64,000 nucleotides of DNA from a virus (IMGVR_UViG_3300047275_000752:1-64000); one strand, 5' to 3'; counted from the first letter of the stretch, positions 1 through 10,918 are shown. A program made the numbers and translations. The notes: generated from the sequence alone by a model not told the origin.

Positions 1-27
1 ATATAATGTAACAAATATTAAGAAATA

Positions 28-474
28 CTAAAGATTATGTAATTGACGTATCTCAGATTCGGGCAACACTTCACCTGTCATTAGCCAATGATCAATACGG
101 CATTCTTTCCAATATTCATAGAATACTTGTTGACGGAACCATGATTTCCATTCTTGTGAGCCTTTTGACAGGTTACATTTTTTATCAGCGGGCACGATAT
201 TATCTGTCAGATCTTCACCACCTTTACATTTTGCTTTAACATGATCCAATGTAAGACTGGAGTCATCGATTGGTGGTTTACCGCAATAAGCGCAGCAATT
301 ATCCCATGAGTCTTTGATTGATTGTTTCCATTTTTGTTTAGCTTCTTTATGGGTTAAAGCTTCCATGTTATACAAATAATCACGGATGTGGCGATACATC
401 AAGCCTCCGTTTGAGACAAGCTTGACTGCATTACGACAAGCATTTGTATGTATGTGATTATTTAATATAAGCAA
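28..474 (-). CDS. HNH endonuclease
   Basis: CCAYCG ... TLDHVKAKCKGG ... N.VPADKKCNLSKG is an HNH/zinc motif; the true start may be a downstream Met. Confidence 0.85.
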   Translation of the reverse strand: MLILNNHIHTNACRNAVKLVSNGGLMYRHIRDYLYNMEALTHKEAKQKWKQSIKDSWDNCCAYCGKPPIDDSSLTLDHVKAKCKGGEDLTDNIVPADKKCNLSKGSQEWKSWFRQQVFYEYWKECRIDHWLMTGEVLPESEIRQLHNL

Positions 475-572
475 CCAAGTAATGACGGAACAGCATGCGG
501 GTAATCAGGTTTGCCATTCCGATATTATGCAAATTTTCAGTATTATTTTTCCGTAAAAAGGGAACTTAAGGG

Positions 573-581
573 GGAAAACTA
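573..581 (+). promoter_or_regulatory. putative late promoter GGNANNCTA (GGAAAACTA)
   Basis: recurrent motif, 25 nt before the GTG at 607. Confidence 0.6.
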
Positions 582-606
582 GTAGGATTAACAGCGATCA
601 GTTAAG

Positions 607-1038
607 GTGTCACAGAACAGGGTAACGGGGCCGATTGACATATATAATGAGTTAACTGGTGACACGACGTTTATGTCAAGTGTTGGCAGTTATGTATTTA
701 AGGATGGCAGTACGAATGATGCGATCAGTATTGTAACACCATCAAAGCCGATACCGAGTGTATCAAGCATAAGCGGTTTAGAGGTATTAATACATGACAC
801 GGGGATACCGAACAGGATTGACTACATAACAGGCAGTCCGGACATTTCAGTTACTTATAATATATTCTTAATATTATGGGATCCTGGTAATGGGACTACG
901 TTAACGAATGCTTGTTCCAGGGCGATGCAAATATTTAGCGGCAGCAGGATGATTGAAGTAATCAAGGAGACAAATAACGACAATTTATTAGTTCAGAACA
1001 TGATTGAGATACCGAACAATGCATTGATTTTAGTATAA
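607..1038 (+). CDS. hypothetical virion protein (possible tail completion/terminator)
   Basis: 143 aa, GTG start, directly upstream of the tail tube gene; call is by position only. Confidence 0.5.
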   Translation: MSQNRVTGPIDIYNELTGDTTFMSSVGSYVFKDGSTNDAISIVTPSKPIPSVSSISGLEVLIHDTGIPNRIDYITGSPDISVTYNIFLILWDPGNGTTLTNACSRAMQIFSGSRMIEVIKETNNDNLLVQNMIEIPNNALILV

Positions 1039-1055
1039 CTAGATTAGGTTTATTT

Positions 1056-1064
1056 GGAATCCTA
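1056..1064 (+). promoter_or_regulatory. putative late promoter (GGAATCCTA)
   Basis: motif upstream of the tail tube gene, followed by a 70-nt leader with hairpins. Confidence 0.55.
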
Positions 1065-1134
1065 GGAATAGGCAGGTAGGCGCCTGCTGATAATCCTTGT
1101 CGTCTCGCACTAGGAAATCCTACCTAGCTAAATC

Positions 1135-1737
1135 ATGGCAAATTTTTCAACTGCATTCGGCTATGATGTTTACATCATTCCGTTAGCTGCGGCTAATGTA
1201 GATACGACCTTTACCGGTGTGACGGGTGCCATTGGTGCTGGTGCCGCTAATTTCATCAACACGACGGCGGTTGTCGGCGCTGGTGATTCTGTCAGCTACA
1301 CTGGTGGTATATTCACTGTTGAAGCCACTGCTTTTGACATGGATGGTGCGGACAAGCCGGTTAAGCTGTATGGTTTAACCAATGCTGCACTGGAGACGGA
1401 TACTAATTCCGAGGAAGTTGTTACTTATGACTCGGATACTGGCGGTTTCAACCTGACTCTGCCTACGTCTAAGACATGGAGCATTTCGCTTGCGGGTGTG
1501 GCTGACTTCAAGGATGCGGGTTATCATATCCTGCGTCTGACTGAGCAGAACACGGTGAAGGACGCACTGCGTGTCAAGTTTGGCCGTGTAGGCCCCACAG
1601 GCACGACTGAAGCCATCTATGGCTATGGTACCCTTAGCGGCTACACGGAGTCGATTGAGGCCGGTTCTATCGTGTCCTGGGAGGCTACTATTGAGGGCTA
1701 TGGTCCGTATGTGATCGACATTGATGCCAATGCCTGA
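1135..1737 (+). CDS. major tail tube protein
   Basis: 200 aa, acidic, beta-rich (KTWSISLAGV, EAIYGYGTLSGYTESIEAG.IVSWEATIEGYG); precedes the tape measure gene; followed by a terminator. Confidence 0.8.
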   Translation: MANFSTAFGYDVYIIPLAAANVDTTFTGVTGAIGAGAANFINTTAVVGAGDSVSYTGGIFTVEATAFDMDGADKPVKLYGLTNAALETDTNSEEVVTYDSDTGGFNLTLPTSKTWSISLAGVADFKDAGYHILRLTEQNTVKDALRVKFGRVGPTGTTEAIYGYGTLSGYTESIEAGSIVSWEATIEGYGPYVIDIDANA

Positions 1738-1758
1738 TCATTGACATTGATTTGATCT

Positions 1759-1784
1759 AGGGCCTCGAAAGGGGCCCTTTTTTT
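1759..1784 (+). terminator. intrinsic terminator
   Basis: AGGGCCTC-GAAA-GGGGCCCT followed by a T run. Confidence 0.85.
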
Positions 1785-1793
1785 ATGGTATTC

Positions 1794-1802
1794 GGAATTC
1801 TA
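1794..1802 (+). promoter_or_regulatory. putative late promoter (GGAATTCTA)
   Basis: 23 nt before the tape measure ATG, just after the terminator. Confidence 0.6.
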
Positions 1803-1825
1803 GACCTAGGGAACGGAAAGTATTA

Positions 1826-4800
1826 ATGGCCAAGAGTGGTGATCTTAATTTTACAGTAAATTTTGACACCCAGCAGGCCGGTGCGGAAATTTCCAGATTA
1901 CTAACGGCATTTGCCAGTGGATCAGAAGCAGCGGGTAATAAATTAAATCGTGCACTTGGTGGCACCATTGAGCAACAACTTGTTATCAGGACTACACGTG
2001 GCGACAATGGTGTCAAGGAATTAAAAAGTGAATTAATCACTGTAAGGAGTGAAGCAGACAAGCTGAAGAATGCATTACTTCAAGCACAAAAGGTACAGCC
2101 ACTTAGTGTCACCAGTTTAAGGCAACAAGTAAACACTGCTAAAACATTACGAGACAGCATTGCTAAATACGGTATCGAGATTGACAACGTAAACAGGAAG
2201 AGTATTTCGAGTGCACAAATAAGTAGTCAATGGATTCAAGCTGATGAGAAGGTAAAGCAATTAACACAATCTCTTAGGCTAGTTGAATCTGCCAATCGCG
2301 GATTAGGTGGCGCCTTAGCGGATGGGTTTTCCAGATTTTTACAAGTAGGCGATAAATTACAGGAAGTTGTTGGTATTTTCCAGAGTATCAATATTGCTGT
2401 TGGTGCATTAACTAGTCCGATCAAGGCTGCCACTAATGCATTAGCAGATCTGGATGCATTTGCATTATCTTTTGAAGCAATTGGCCAAGGGTCAGATGTT
2501 GCCGTTACGGGACTTGGTAAAGCGCAAGAGATTGCACTTGGTCTTGGTGTAAACATAAAAACTGTTCGTGAAAGTTTTCAGCAATTATCACCTGTTATTT
2601 TAAATACAGGTGGCAGTCTGGAAGACGTTTCATCAATTACGGAGTCATTATCCAGCCGATTTGCTGCATTTGGCTTAAATGCGGACAAGTCAAGGCGTGT
2701 ATTAAATGGTGTAATTCAAGCTTTTGCTAAAGGTAAGCTACAAGCAGAAGAATTAACACAGCAGATATCTGAAGCGGATCCTGCATTTAAGACTGATTTT
2801 GCGCAAGCATTATTCAAGGTGCGCGGTGAACTAGGCGATTTAAGTTCAGAGATCAGGGATGGCACTGTTGCGAACTTAGAAAGACTGGTCAAATCAGGCA
2901 AGATCACTGGCAGTGTTTTAAGGACGGTTATTCCTGAGATCAGCAAATCTGAAGCGTTATTTGGCAAGCTGGGACCCAGCGCTCAATCTGCTGTTAATGC
3001 ATTAAAAGCTGGTGAGGTAACGATCAACCAGGTTAAGGCAAATTTCGACAGTTTGAATCAATTAAATCTGGAAAGGTTATCAAAGTTAGCCGAACCACTG
3101 GTGTTTGTATTATTTGATATACAGGCGGCTGTCATTGATTTTACAAAGAGGATCTCAGAATTAGCAGCAACACGACAGATTACTGATTTATTTATCTCCA
3201 TAGGCAAGGCTGCACTGAACACAGTTCAGGCATTTTTAGCGATATCAGAAGCAGTAATCAATGTAACCGGAGTTTTAGCTGGCATTATCAATTTCTTTGC
3301 CAAGATACCTGGTGCAGTTGAATTAGCAGGTATTGCATTGGTCGTTAAATTTTTCAATCCGATCAAGGCAACGATTGGTGGTGTAACGCGTTTAACGCAA
3401 GCTTTAAGTGATTTAGCGGATACGTCAAGAGGTATCAGGGGTGGCGGACCGGTTGTTGGTGGTGCAGCGGTTACGAGTGCAAAAAACAATGAGGTAGCCC
3501 TAAGATCACTAAAAGCATTAAAAGCAGAGCTATCTGCCCCTGTGTCTAGTGGCATTGTTGATACATATAACAAGAATATCGATGCAGCAATCAAGTCTGA
3601 TAATGTTCTTGAAGGATTAAGTAAAAGGGAACAAAAGAGATTAGTTAAATTACAAGCATATCTTGAAGAATTAACAAAGGACTATGCTTCTCGTGCATCT
3701 GAGTTACGTGAGATAAAGCTTGATCCAAGCGCACCTGACTTCAAGGATGAGATACGTGAATTCGAGCAGCCATTAAAGGAAACGCGGAAAAAGATTACGA
3801 GTATCCAACGTCAAATCAGTGAAATCATTGGCAAGCCGCTTGATTTTGAGTTACGGATACCTGTCCGTGAGATAGATCAGGTAAGTGATTTATTCCGTTC
3901 ATATGAGAATACTGCAGTTGATACATATGCAAGAGCGAGAGCTGCGTCTGAGATCAACTTATTGGCACTAGAAGCGCAGACAACCGCATTAATAAAGCAG
4001 AGGGATGCAGCAAAGGCTAATTTAGATACTTTCCGAAAGACACCAAGTTTACCAGGTGCAGCAGAAGCTAGGACCAGATTTGAGGCACTTGATGCAGCAG
4101 TCGAAAAAAACCAACGCAAAATCACCAGTCTACAGGGATCATACAAGGATCTGATTGTCAGTCAGCGTGATATTAGCGGTGCATTAGATGCATTAGAATC
4201 AAACCAGAAGTTAAGTGAAGATCAATTCAGGAGTTTAAGTACTGAAATTGATGTAACAGATACTGCATTATCAAATTACCGCAATACTGTAGATGGATTA
4301 AGGAAGCAACAAGTTAAATTAATACAAGAGCAGCAGCGGTTATCTAGTGAGCTAGTATCAGGTAAAGTAAAAAGAGGCTCTCAACAATATGATTTATTAA
4401 AAACACGGCTAAGTGAAGTACAAGTAAACCTGCGTAATTTAGCCGGAGAAATAGAATTAAACGACAATGTAGCTGGGCAGTTTGAGAGGAGATCAGTAGC
4501 ACTTCGTACTGCTTTAGACGAGGCAGGTAAGTCTGGAAAAGGATTCCGTGGCCTGCAGAGTAATTTAGCTCGTGCAGCGACTGAAGGGACTGGATTGAAT
4601 CGTGTTATCGGGCAAGTTGGCACTGGGATTATTAACTTTGGGCAAAGAGCCCTTAAGACCCTGAATGGTCTCAGGTTAGCTATTGCTGGAATTGGGAAGG
4701 AGTTAGTTTTCCTTGCGGCAATTACACTAGCAATGCAAGCATTTGCAAAGGCGAGTGCTATTGCTAAGAATGAATCAGAGAAAAACAAAACTACGATTGA

Positions 4801-7483
4801 CTCACTGAATGCATCAACAGAGAAATTAACTGAAAATATAAACCAATTAGGTTCTGCGACCGGTTCTAGCGCTATTGATTTCACTTCTAATCTGAGTGCG
4901 ATTGATAAGATATTGATTACAATTGGTTCTACATTAAAGCGTGTAACAGATGCATTTGCACGACTGTTTTCTAGTGGTGGTGGCGCCAAGGAATTCGACA
5001 AGGTAAGTGGACAAATCAAAGAGACAAGTGGTGAGGTGAATGTACTTGCTGTTGCTCTTGCTGGAGCTGCTACTGGTTTTACTTTTCTTCGGAACCCTCT
5101 CGGGCTAGTAATTGGTGGGATAACCGGCCTTACTATCGGTCTCTTTTCAGCATCAGCTAATATCACTGACATCCAAGAAAAAGGCAAGGGCTTCCGGGAT
5201 GGGCTAGCGGAGCAATATGTAGCCACAAAAAGACTTGGCGATGCCTTGCTTGAATATGCCAAGATAGCAGGATCGCAAAAGTTGAAACCCGGCGCTCCCG
5301 GAACCATAGGAGAAAAAGTATTTGCCGACCAGTCCATAGCCCTTGGCGATGCCATTGGCGATTTTAAAAACTATAAGAAATCAATAGAAGGCTTAGGCGC
5401 AACAAATAAGCAATTAAAGTCCGATATCTCCGAACAGCTTGACGCGATTACTCTATTAAGGAAAAAATTAAGGCTGAAGCCTGGCGAAAAACTGGATACA
5501 AATGCGATGCCGGCCTATAATTTGACACCAAGAGAAGAAGAAGAGAGGAGACTGGCGCTAGAGCTGGAAAGTCGACTGGCGAAATTGGAAGAGTTAAGGC
5601 AATCACAGGAACTACTAACTGAACAAGAAAAAGAGCTACTGCAACAACTTGATCAACTGAAAGCTGCTTATCCGCAACTGACGGATGAGATAATTATCAA
5701 TGGCCGCAGCATAGCCAATGTAAGTGATGAATATAAGAGTGCAAAAGCCGCTTTGGAGCAACTTGATCCCAAGCAACTTGGAGCAGATTTTGATGCCAGC
5801 GCTCGTCGAGCAGGTAATCTTAAGCAAGAGTTAGAAGCTATTGAGCAGCGTGCACAGGATCAGGAATTACTTGGATATATCAACAGTCTAACTTTTGCAT
5901 TAGCTAGCAACCAAATACCTAGAAGCTTACAGAATATCAATAATTTAGCTCAGGCTCTTGAGAATAGGGTACTACTGCTTGATATAAATTCACCTGAATT
6001 GCCTAAGGTTATCGCCGATTTAACTGTGATTCAACGTGGAGTTGATTTGATTAGCGGTAAAAAAGCTGAAATCGAAATTAATGTAATATCAAAAGGATTG
6101 AAGTCAGGTGATTTAGTCAGGACGCAAAGTCAGCTTGGGCGTTTACAAGCGGCATTTAATACCTTAGCAGATACGCAGGTTTTTGGTACTGAGCAATTTG
6201 AGCAGACTAAGCGGATGCAGGCTGCACTTAGTACCTTGGCTAATTTTGTCTCAAAAACCAGGGAGGAAATAGCTAGCCAAACGAGAAGCGTCCTCGCCAG
6301 CATTGGTGAGAACAGAATCAAAATTGCTCTTGATACCGGACCTCTGCGAGAGGCATCAGTCCTGGTGAATCAAACTTTCAACAATGTACAACAAAGCGCC
6401 CAGGACTATAAGACTGCCGTACAACAAGCTGAAAGCTTAAAAGCATCAGGTATTGCATCACAAAAAGAGATTAATGGGATATTGGGACAGGCGTCTTTAG
6501 CATTCTATAATACAATGGTCGCTGCAAAAGCGCAATTAGAGGATGCTGCGAGGGAAGTCAGCAAGCAGTTGTCCGCCGCGAAGCAGTCATTAGCCGGGGA
6601 GGTCCTTTCAAATCCTCAGTTCTTTACCTCAGAGGAACGTCAGCAGGCGATTGATGAAATAGACAGAAAAATACAAGAAATATCGAGTAGAGAAGGCATT
6701 GTTGTAACTTTCAGGGGATCGCAAGAGGAAATACTACAGCAAAAACAAGCCTTCATACAAGCAAGGGAAAGGGCGGCCGAACTGGAAGATACCATCGCTC
6801 AGTCACAAGCGGCTTTAGCAAGATTGCAGGCAGGTATAGACGAGCTTTCGGCTCTTACAAATACAGTAGGAACCATAACATTCGAGCAGGCAGTGAATGG
6901 TAGCGCAGATTTGGTGCAAAACATGTCTAATGCTGCAGATGAAGCGAACAGATTAAATGACATTTTGAACAGCCTTCCTACTCAAATAACTATTGACGTA
7001 AACTATAATGGGTCGCCGCCTGGCAGGTGGACTGGCGGCCCCGTGCTTGGCGGCACTAGTTACAAGGTAAACGAACTTGGCCAGGAAGGTTTCCTAAGTA
7101 ATGGCGGCCATCTTAGCGCCATTAACAGACCAAAGAATTCGTTATGGAGACCGCCTGTTTCCGGTACTGTGATTCCTGCCCATATCTGGAAGCAAATTAA
7201 TAACGGCAACAGAGCCAATGTAAGGCCAATAAGCGGCGATTACTCTAAGCGCGATAATAGTGGCGCTGCCATGGGAATGCTCGCTTCATATCTGTCTGCG
7301 AGTTCTGCTATTGCCGAAAAGAATAGGTCAGAAAGCGCGAGAGTACAAGGCCATCAAGCGCGGCAAATTGCCAAATTGTCCAGGGCTGTTGCTAAGTTAG
7401 CAGACAAAAACTGGAATGTTGGCGTCAATGTCAGGAATACTGGTAGTACAGCATTCATGGCTGCGGTAAATAGCAGACTGTAA
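1826..7483 (+). CDS. tail tape measure protein
   Basis: 1885 aa, Ala/Leu/Gln-rich and helical; tape-measure domain (QAFAKGKLQAEELTQQISEADP); C-terminal GRWTGGPV..GTSYKVNELGQEGF motif. Confidence 0.92.
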   Translation: MAKSGDLNFTVNFDTQQAGAEISRLLTAFASGSEAAGNKLNRALGGTIEQQLVIRTTRGDNGVKELKSELITVRSEADKLKNALLQAQKVQPLSVTSLRQQVNTAKTLRDSIAKYGIEIDNVNRKSISSAQISSQWIQADEKVKQLTQSLRLVESANRGLGGALADGFSRFLQVGDKLQEVVGIFQSINIAVGALTSPIKAATNALADLDAFALSFEAIGQGSDVAVTGLGKAQEIALGLGVNIKTVRESFQQLSPVILNTGGSLEDVSSITESLSSRFAAFGLNADKSRRVLNGVIQAFAKGKLQAEELTQQISEADPAFKTDFAQALFKVRGELGDLSSEIRDGTVANLERLVKSGKITGSVLRTVIPEISKSEALFGKLGPSAQSAVNALKAGEVTINQVKANFDSLNQLNLERLSKLAEPLVFVLFDIQAAVIDFTKRISELAATRQITDLFISIGKAALNTVQAFLAISEAVINVTGVLAGIINFFAKIPGAVELAGIALVVKFFNPIKATIGGVTRLTQALSDLADTSRGIRGGGPVVGGAAVTSAKNNEVALRSLKALKAELSAPVSSGIVDTYNKNIDAAIKSDNVLEGLSKREQKRLVKLQAYLEELTKDYASRASELREIKLDPSAPDFKDEIREFEQPLKETRKKITSIQRQISEIIGKPLDFELRIPVREIDQVSDLFRSYENTAVDTYARARAASEINLLALEAQTTALIKQRDAAKANLDTFRKTPSLPGAAEARTRFEALDAAVEKNQRKITSLQGSYKDLIVSQRDISGALDALESNQKLSEDQFRSLSTEIDVTDTALSNYRNTVDGLRKQQVKLIQEQQRLSSELVSGKVKRGSQQYDLLKTRLSEVQVNLRNLAGEIELNDNVAGQFERRSVALRTALDEAGKSGKGFRGLQSNLARAATEGTGLNRVIGQVGTGIINFGQRALKTLNGLRLAIAGIGKELVFLAAITLAMQAFAKASAIAKNESEKNKTTIDSLNASTEKLTENINQLGSATGSSAIDFTSNLSAIDKILITIGSTLKRVTDAFARLFSSGGGAKEFDKVSGQIKETSGEVNVLAVALAGAATGFTFLRNPLGLVIGGITGLTIGLFSASANITDIQEKGKGFRDGLAEQYVATKRLGDALLEYAKIAGSQKLKPGAPGTIGEKVFADQSIALGDAIGDFKNYKKSIEGLGATNKQLKSDISEQLDAITLLRKKLRLKPGEKLDTNAMPAYNLTPREEEERRLALELESRLAKLEELRQSQELLTEQEKELLQQLDQLKAAYPQLTDEIIINGRSIANVSDEYKSAKAALEQLDPKQLGADFDASARRAGNLKQELEAIEQRAQDQELLGYINSLTFALASNQIPRSLQNINNLAQALENRVLLLDINSPELPKVIADLTVIQRGVDLISGKKAEIEINVISKGLKSGDLVRTQSQLGRLQAAFNTLADTQVFGTEQFEQTKRMQAALSTLANFVSKTREEIASQTRSVLASIGENRIKIALDTGPLREASVLVNQTFNNVQQSAQDYKTAVQQAESLKASGIASQKEINGILGQASLAFYNTMVAAKAQLEDAAREVSKQLSAAKQSLAGEVLSNPQFFTSEERQQAIDEIDRKIQEISSREGIVVTFRGSQEEILQQKQAFIQARERAAELEDTIAQSQAALARLQAGIDELSALTNTVGTITFEQAVNGSADLVQNMSNAADEANRLNDILNSLPTQITIDVNYNGSPPGRWTGGPVLGGTSYKVNELGQEGFLSNGGHLSAINRPKNSLWRPPVSGTVIPAHIWKQINNGNRANVRPISGDYSKRDNSGAAMGMLASYLSASSAIAEKNRSESARVQGHQARQIAKLSRAVAKLADKNWNVGVNVRNTGSTAFMAAVNSRL

Positions 7484-8439
7484 TGGCAATTTCTGTTGGT
7501 TCGTTCAGCTTTCCAAACCTGACAGCACAACCTTTTGGGTACCAACAGACCAATACGGAGGCTGGGCTTACTGCCAGAAAGTGGTTGATCAGCGGATTGC
7601 TGACACCTGCTGATTGGTTGGATTTGTTAGATGTATATGATACGTGGAGAGATACCAGAATACTAGATGAACCAAGTGAAGTATCTGGGGTAGTTGGTAC
7701 TACATTTAATTTCAGCGGTACGGGTGCTGGTGGTGAGACCTGGACCAATATTCCATGTTGGTTTATTGCTGCACCAGAAGGTGAACAGCGTGGGGCTTAT
7801 ATATTAACAACAGTTGAAGTCGTAGATGCTGCACAGGCATTAGAGGTATTATTAAAAGAAAAGGAAATCCAAGAAGAAACAGAAGATAATGTAGACCTGG
7901 GCACCATAACAATTGGTACAACTGTACTAACATTACTGAAGCCCGCTGACGCATATCAAACCAATCCGTCGATGGAGCTTACGGCGACAGGTGTGCATTA
8001 TATTAGTGGTAATTTGGTTCCATATAAAATCAAAGATATCGAGGGAACTACTGACCTAACTGGATGGAACAACATTAGGACATGGTACGAGAAAAAGATT
8101 TCCAGTAATCCTGTCTTGAACATTAGCTCAAGCACCAATGCTTCTCCAATATCTATTACAGTAGCTTCGGCTCATGGCCTATCTACTGGTGATACGGTGA
8201 TCATTTCTGGTCATACGACAAATACAAACGCGAATGGGACATGGACCGTTACTTCTACTGGTGCTAATACTTTTACATTGAATTCCAGCACTGGAAACGG
8301 TGCTGGTGGTGCCACTGGTACAACTAAATCACTTTACTTCCCAATATCCTCGCCTAGTGCAAGTGCTGCCAATAAAGTAGTTGCTGGTGTAACAACGGTT
8401 GAATACACTATTAGCATACAGTTAGGGGTGGTTATCTGA
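7483..8439 (+). CDS. tail-tip/distal tail structural protein with inserted beta module
   Basis: follows the TMP with a 1-nt overlap; two related halves plus an inserted ISSSTNASPISITVASAHGLSTGDTVIISG module. Confidence 0.6.
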   Translation: MAISVGSFSFPNLTAQPFGYQQTNTEAGLTARKWLISGLLTPADWLDLLDVYDTWRDTRILDEPSEVSGVVGTTFNFSGTGAGGETWTNIPCWFIAAPEGEQRGAYILTTVEVVDAAQALEVLLKEKEIQEETEDNVDLGTITIGTTVLTLLKPADAYQTNPSMELTATGVHYISGNLVPYKIKDIEGTTDLTGWNNIRTWYEKKISSNPVLNISSSTNASPISITVASAHGLSTGDTVIISGHTTNTNANGTWTVTSTGANTFTLNSSTGNGAGGATGTTKSLYFPISSPSASAANKVVAGVTTVEYTISIQLGVVI

Positions 8440-10877
8440 TGGCAATAGATGTTAGGGCAAATGTCACCTGTAATATTGGGACATTAATAAGTGGATCAAT
8501 ATCTGATAGCTATATTCAGGGATCTGGGCTTGTTACTTGCTCTGGATCAATCGAACTTAGTGGGCTATATGCACCAGCAATAGGCGATCCCGTTACTTTT
8601 AGTTACACCAAAGATGGCATTACTAGGCAGATACCAAGGAAGCTACGCGTATTAAGTAGTTTTGCTGATCCTTTTCGCCAGACAACAAAAATAGAACTTG
8701 GATGCAAGTTAACGTATCTTAGTGATCTGAAGCCAGCGCCAACTGTCAACGAGGATTCGCCAATTGAGACCGGCATCCGCCAGCAGTGCGTAAATGGATA
8801 TATTGAATATCCACCAAATTCGACCTATGGTACGCCTATCATGGCATTTTTTTTGATGAATAGATGCCTCAGTAGTCTAGATATAACTTCTTCTAGTAAT
8901 CCGTTGAGCAATAGATTCTTTGATGAATCGTTCGATCTTAGTGGAGGTTATGTACAAGTCCTTGGCGACTTACTCGTATCAGAGAGTTATTGTGGATATT
9001 TAGACTTTAACGAGGTTTTGCAGGTATTTTCTTTAGATCAGAACGGTGGGACCGGTCCGGTCTTGGGTGTTGATTCCTTGATAGATGTCGATAAGACCGC
9101 TTTTGGCGACTTACCGGGGGACGCTGTTGTAGTGAAATATACATCATTGCAACTAAATGAAGATCTAGAGGAGGAAGATTCTGTTGAATTTTCCAGAAGA
9201 AACTGGGAGAGTGATAAAGAGGAAGGATCGGCGCAGTCTATTACTATCAATTACACTACAACATCGAACTTGCCAGGTCAGAGAACATATACCTATGTTC
9301 CATACACTACCACTACTACGACTTACGGCCAAGATCTTAGTTTTCCTGATGATGTATGTGTTATCGCTGGCAAGGACGGTCCAGATCTCAGCAATTCTGT
9401 AATATACAGGGAAACACGTAAAAGGATTTGTCTGGCTTTTGAAGCTGGCGATTACTGCGCAAAAATACTATCAGTCAACGGCGATCCTGGAGGATCAACG
9501 ACAGGGGAAGTTATTACAACAGAAGAGTATTCTTATGACAGTGAAGGCCAGGTAACGCAGATTGTAACTACAGAGCAACAACCATTTTGGGCTTGGGCTG
9601 GCAAATTAAATCTAGATTTTGTTTTTGGAAATGATTATGTAGAACTTTCCGGATTTACGAACAACGTGACGACAAGAAGAACAGTGGTTGATATAGAAAC
9701 TTTGTATGCAAACCTGCCTAGTTTTGTGACGTTAGATCCAGGAGAAACGCTTGAACGAGTCATAAATGGGCAAAGGGAGGTCACGTCTCAGTACCTTAAT
9801 TATGGATTATTTCAGTCCGGACAAGTATCAGTTTCAGGTATTAGGGAGAACGCACCGTTCAGCAGCAGTTCATTGCTTATTAGTTACCTCCTGTCGATAT
9901 CTACCATTCTCCTGCTAGAGGACAAAACCATAAGGACAAGTCGTGATAGAGTCCTGACAGCGGGACAGATACGGCCACCAACTCAAATCAGACTTGGTGG
10001 ATTCAATGGCGAAAATACTACTGAGTTGGTATACGCTAGCGGAAGCTCAATAGGCACTGATCGTGTCATCGAATTTTCGATGCCATATCAAGACGATGAC
10101 TACTATGGCCCTACTGGTTCTATTCTAAGGGGGAGAGCTGCAAGCAAGGCAGCACGTTATGGACGTTGCCAAAACAAATTACTGCTTGGTAATCGCTATG
10201 GAATGAATATTCAGTTGGTGCCTGAGATGCTACCAAGTGCTCCATTTTCGCCTTATTTCGTATCAGCCAATGGCTACCAGGTTTTATACAGAACGAATGG
10301 AACAAGCTGGCAGATGGATTCCACTGGTATTATTGTAAGTACAGATGGGTTGTTTTGGGGTGCGGTAGGTGGTGACAATGTTGGGCAGTTTTGGTTCCCT
10401 GTAGCGCCAGGTATTACATCTGTTCCGCCCGCTGTTACCGTGATAGATGGTGAAGCGACTGTTAATACAACAGTACCTGCATGGAATGAAATTGTACCAA
10501 CAATTGCGACGACAAAGACTAAGCTAGTGGTCACAACACTTGATTATGCCTTGAATGTACTTACTGAAGTAATCATTGCTAGCAAGACAAAACTTAACGC
10601 AACCAGAACGGTTGATTTTGTCGTGCCTGGTCCAATTGATGTAAGCATATCTACTATTGCCCCAAGAATCCAGGAGAGCCTGAGTGCAAGGGTACCTGTC
10701 ACTGACATAAGCACCCAGGCATTGATTCCAAAGGCAGAGCCTGCTTTACAGATTCGTCCTGCGGTTACTGATATAGTGGTTACAGCCCAGGTTCCCCTGG
10801 TTGGCCGAGAGATCGGGGTTTATGCTAACCCAAGTGCTGCCAATATCGGCATAGGCGCTATAGCTCCCAGTAATTAA
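8439..10877 (+). CDS. tail hub/tip protein
   Basis: 812 aa, second gene after the TMP; C-terminal short Pro/Val-rich repeats. Confidence 0.55.
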   Translation: MAIDVRANVTCNIGTLISGSISDSYIQGSGLVTCSGSIELSGLYAPAIGDPVTFSYTKDGITRQIPRKLRVLSSFADPFRQTTKIELGCKLTYLSDLKPAPTVNEDSPIETGIRQQCVNGYIEYPPNSTYGTPIMAFFLMNRCLSSLDITSSSNPLSNRFFDESFDLSGGYVQVLGDLLVSESYCGYLDFNEVLQVFSLDQNGGTGPVLGVDSLIDVDKTAFGDLPGDAVVVKYTSLQLNEDLEEEDSVEFSRRNWESDKEEGSAQSITINYTTTSNLPGQRTYTYVPYTTTTTTYGQDLSFPDDVCVIAGKDGPDLSNSVIYRETRKRICLAFEAGDYCAKILSVNGDPGGSTTGEVITTEEYSYDSEGQVTQIVTTEQQPFWAWAGKLNLDFVFGNDYVELSGFTNNVTTRRTVVDIETLYANLPSFVTLDPGETLERVINGQREVTSQYLNYGLFQSGQVSVSGIRENAPFSSSSLLISYLLSISTILLLEDKTIRTSRDRVLTAGQIRPPTQIRLGGFNGENTTELVYASGSSIGTDRVIEFSMPYQDDDYYGPTGSILRGRAASKAARYGRCQNKLLLGNRYGMNIQLVPEMLPSAPFSPYFVSANGYQVLYRTNGTSWQMDSTGIIVSTDGLFWGAVGGDNVGQFWFPVAPGITSVPPAVTVIDGEATVNTTVPAWNEIVPTIATTKTKLVVTTLDYALNVLTEVIIASKTKLNATRTVDFVVPGPIDVSISTIAPRIQESLSARVPVTDISTQALIPKAEPALQIRPAVTDIVVTAQVPLVGREIGVYANPSAANIGIGAIAPSN

Positions 10878-10887
10878 CTTATAAATT

Positions 10888-10896
10888 GGCAAACTA
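10888..10896 (+). promoter_or_regulatory. putative late promoter (GGCAAACTA)
   Basis: 22 nt before ATG 10919. Confidence 0.6.
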
Positions 10897-10918
10897 GTGT
10901 CGAATTTAGCACCCAGTA

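Noticed and set aside
1783-7748. Long antisense ORFs within the tape measure gene (e.g. 4381-5355)
   Set aside because: Shadow frames produced by the codon bias of the sense gene.
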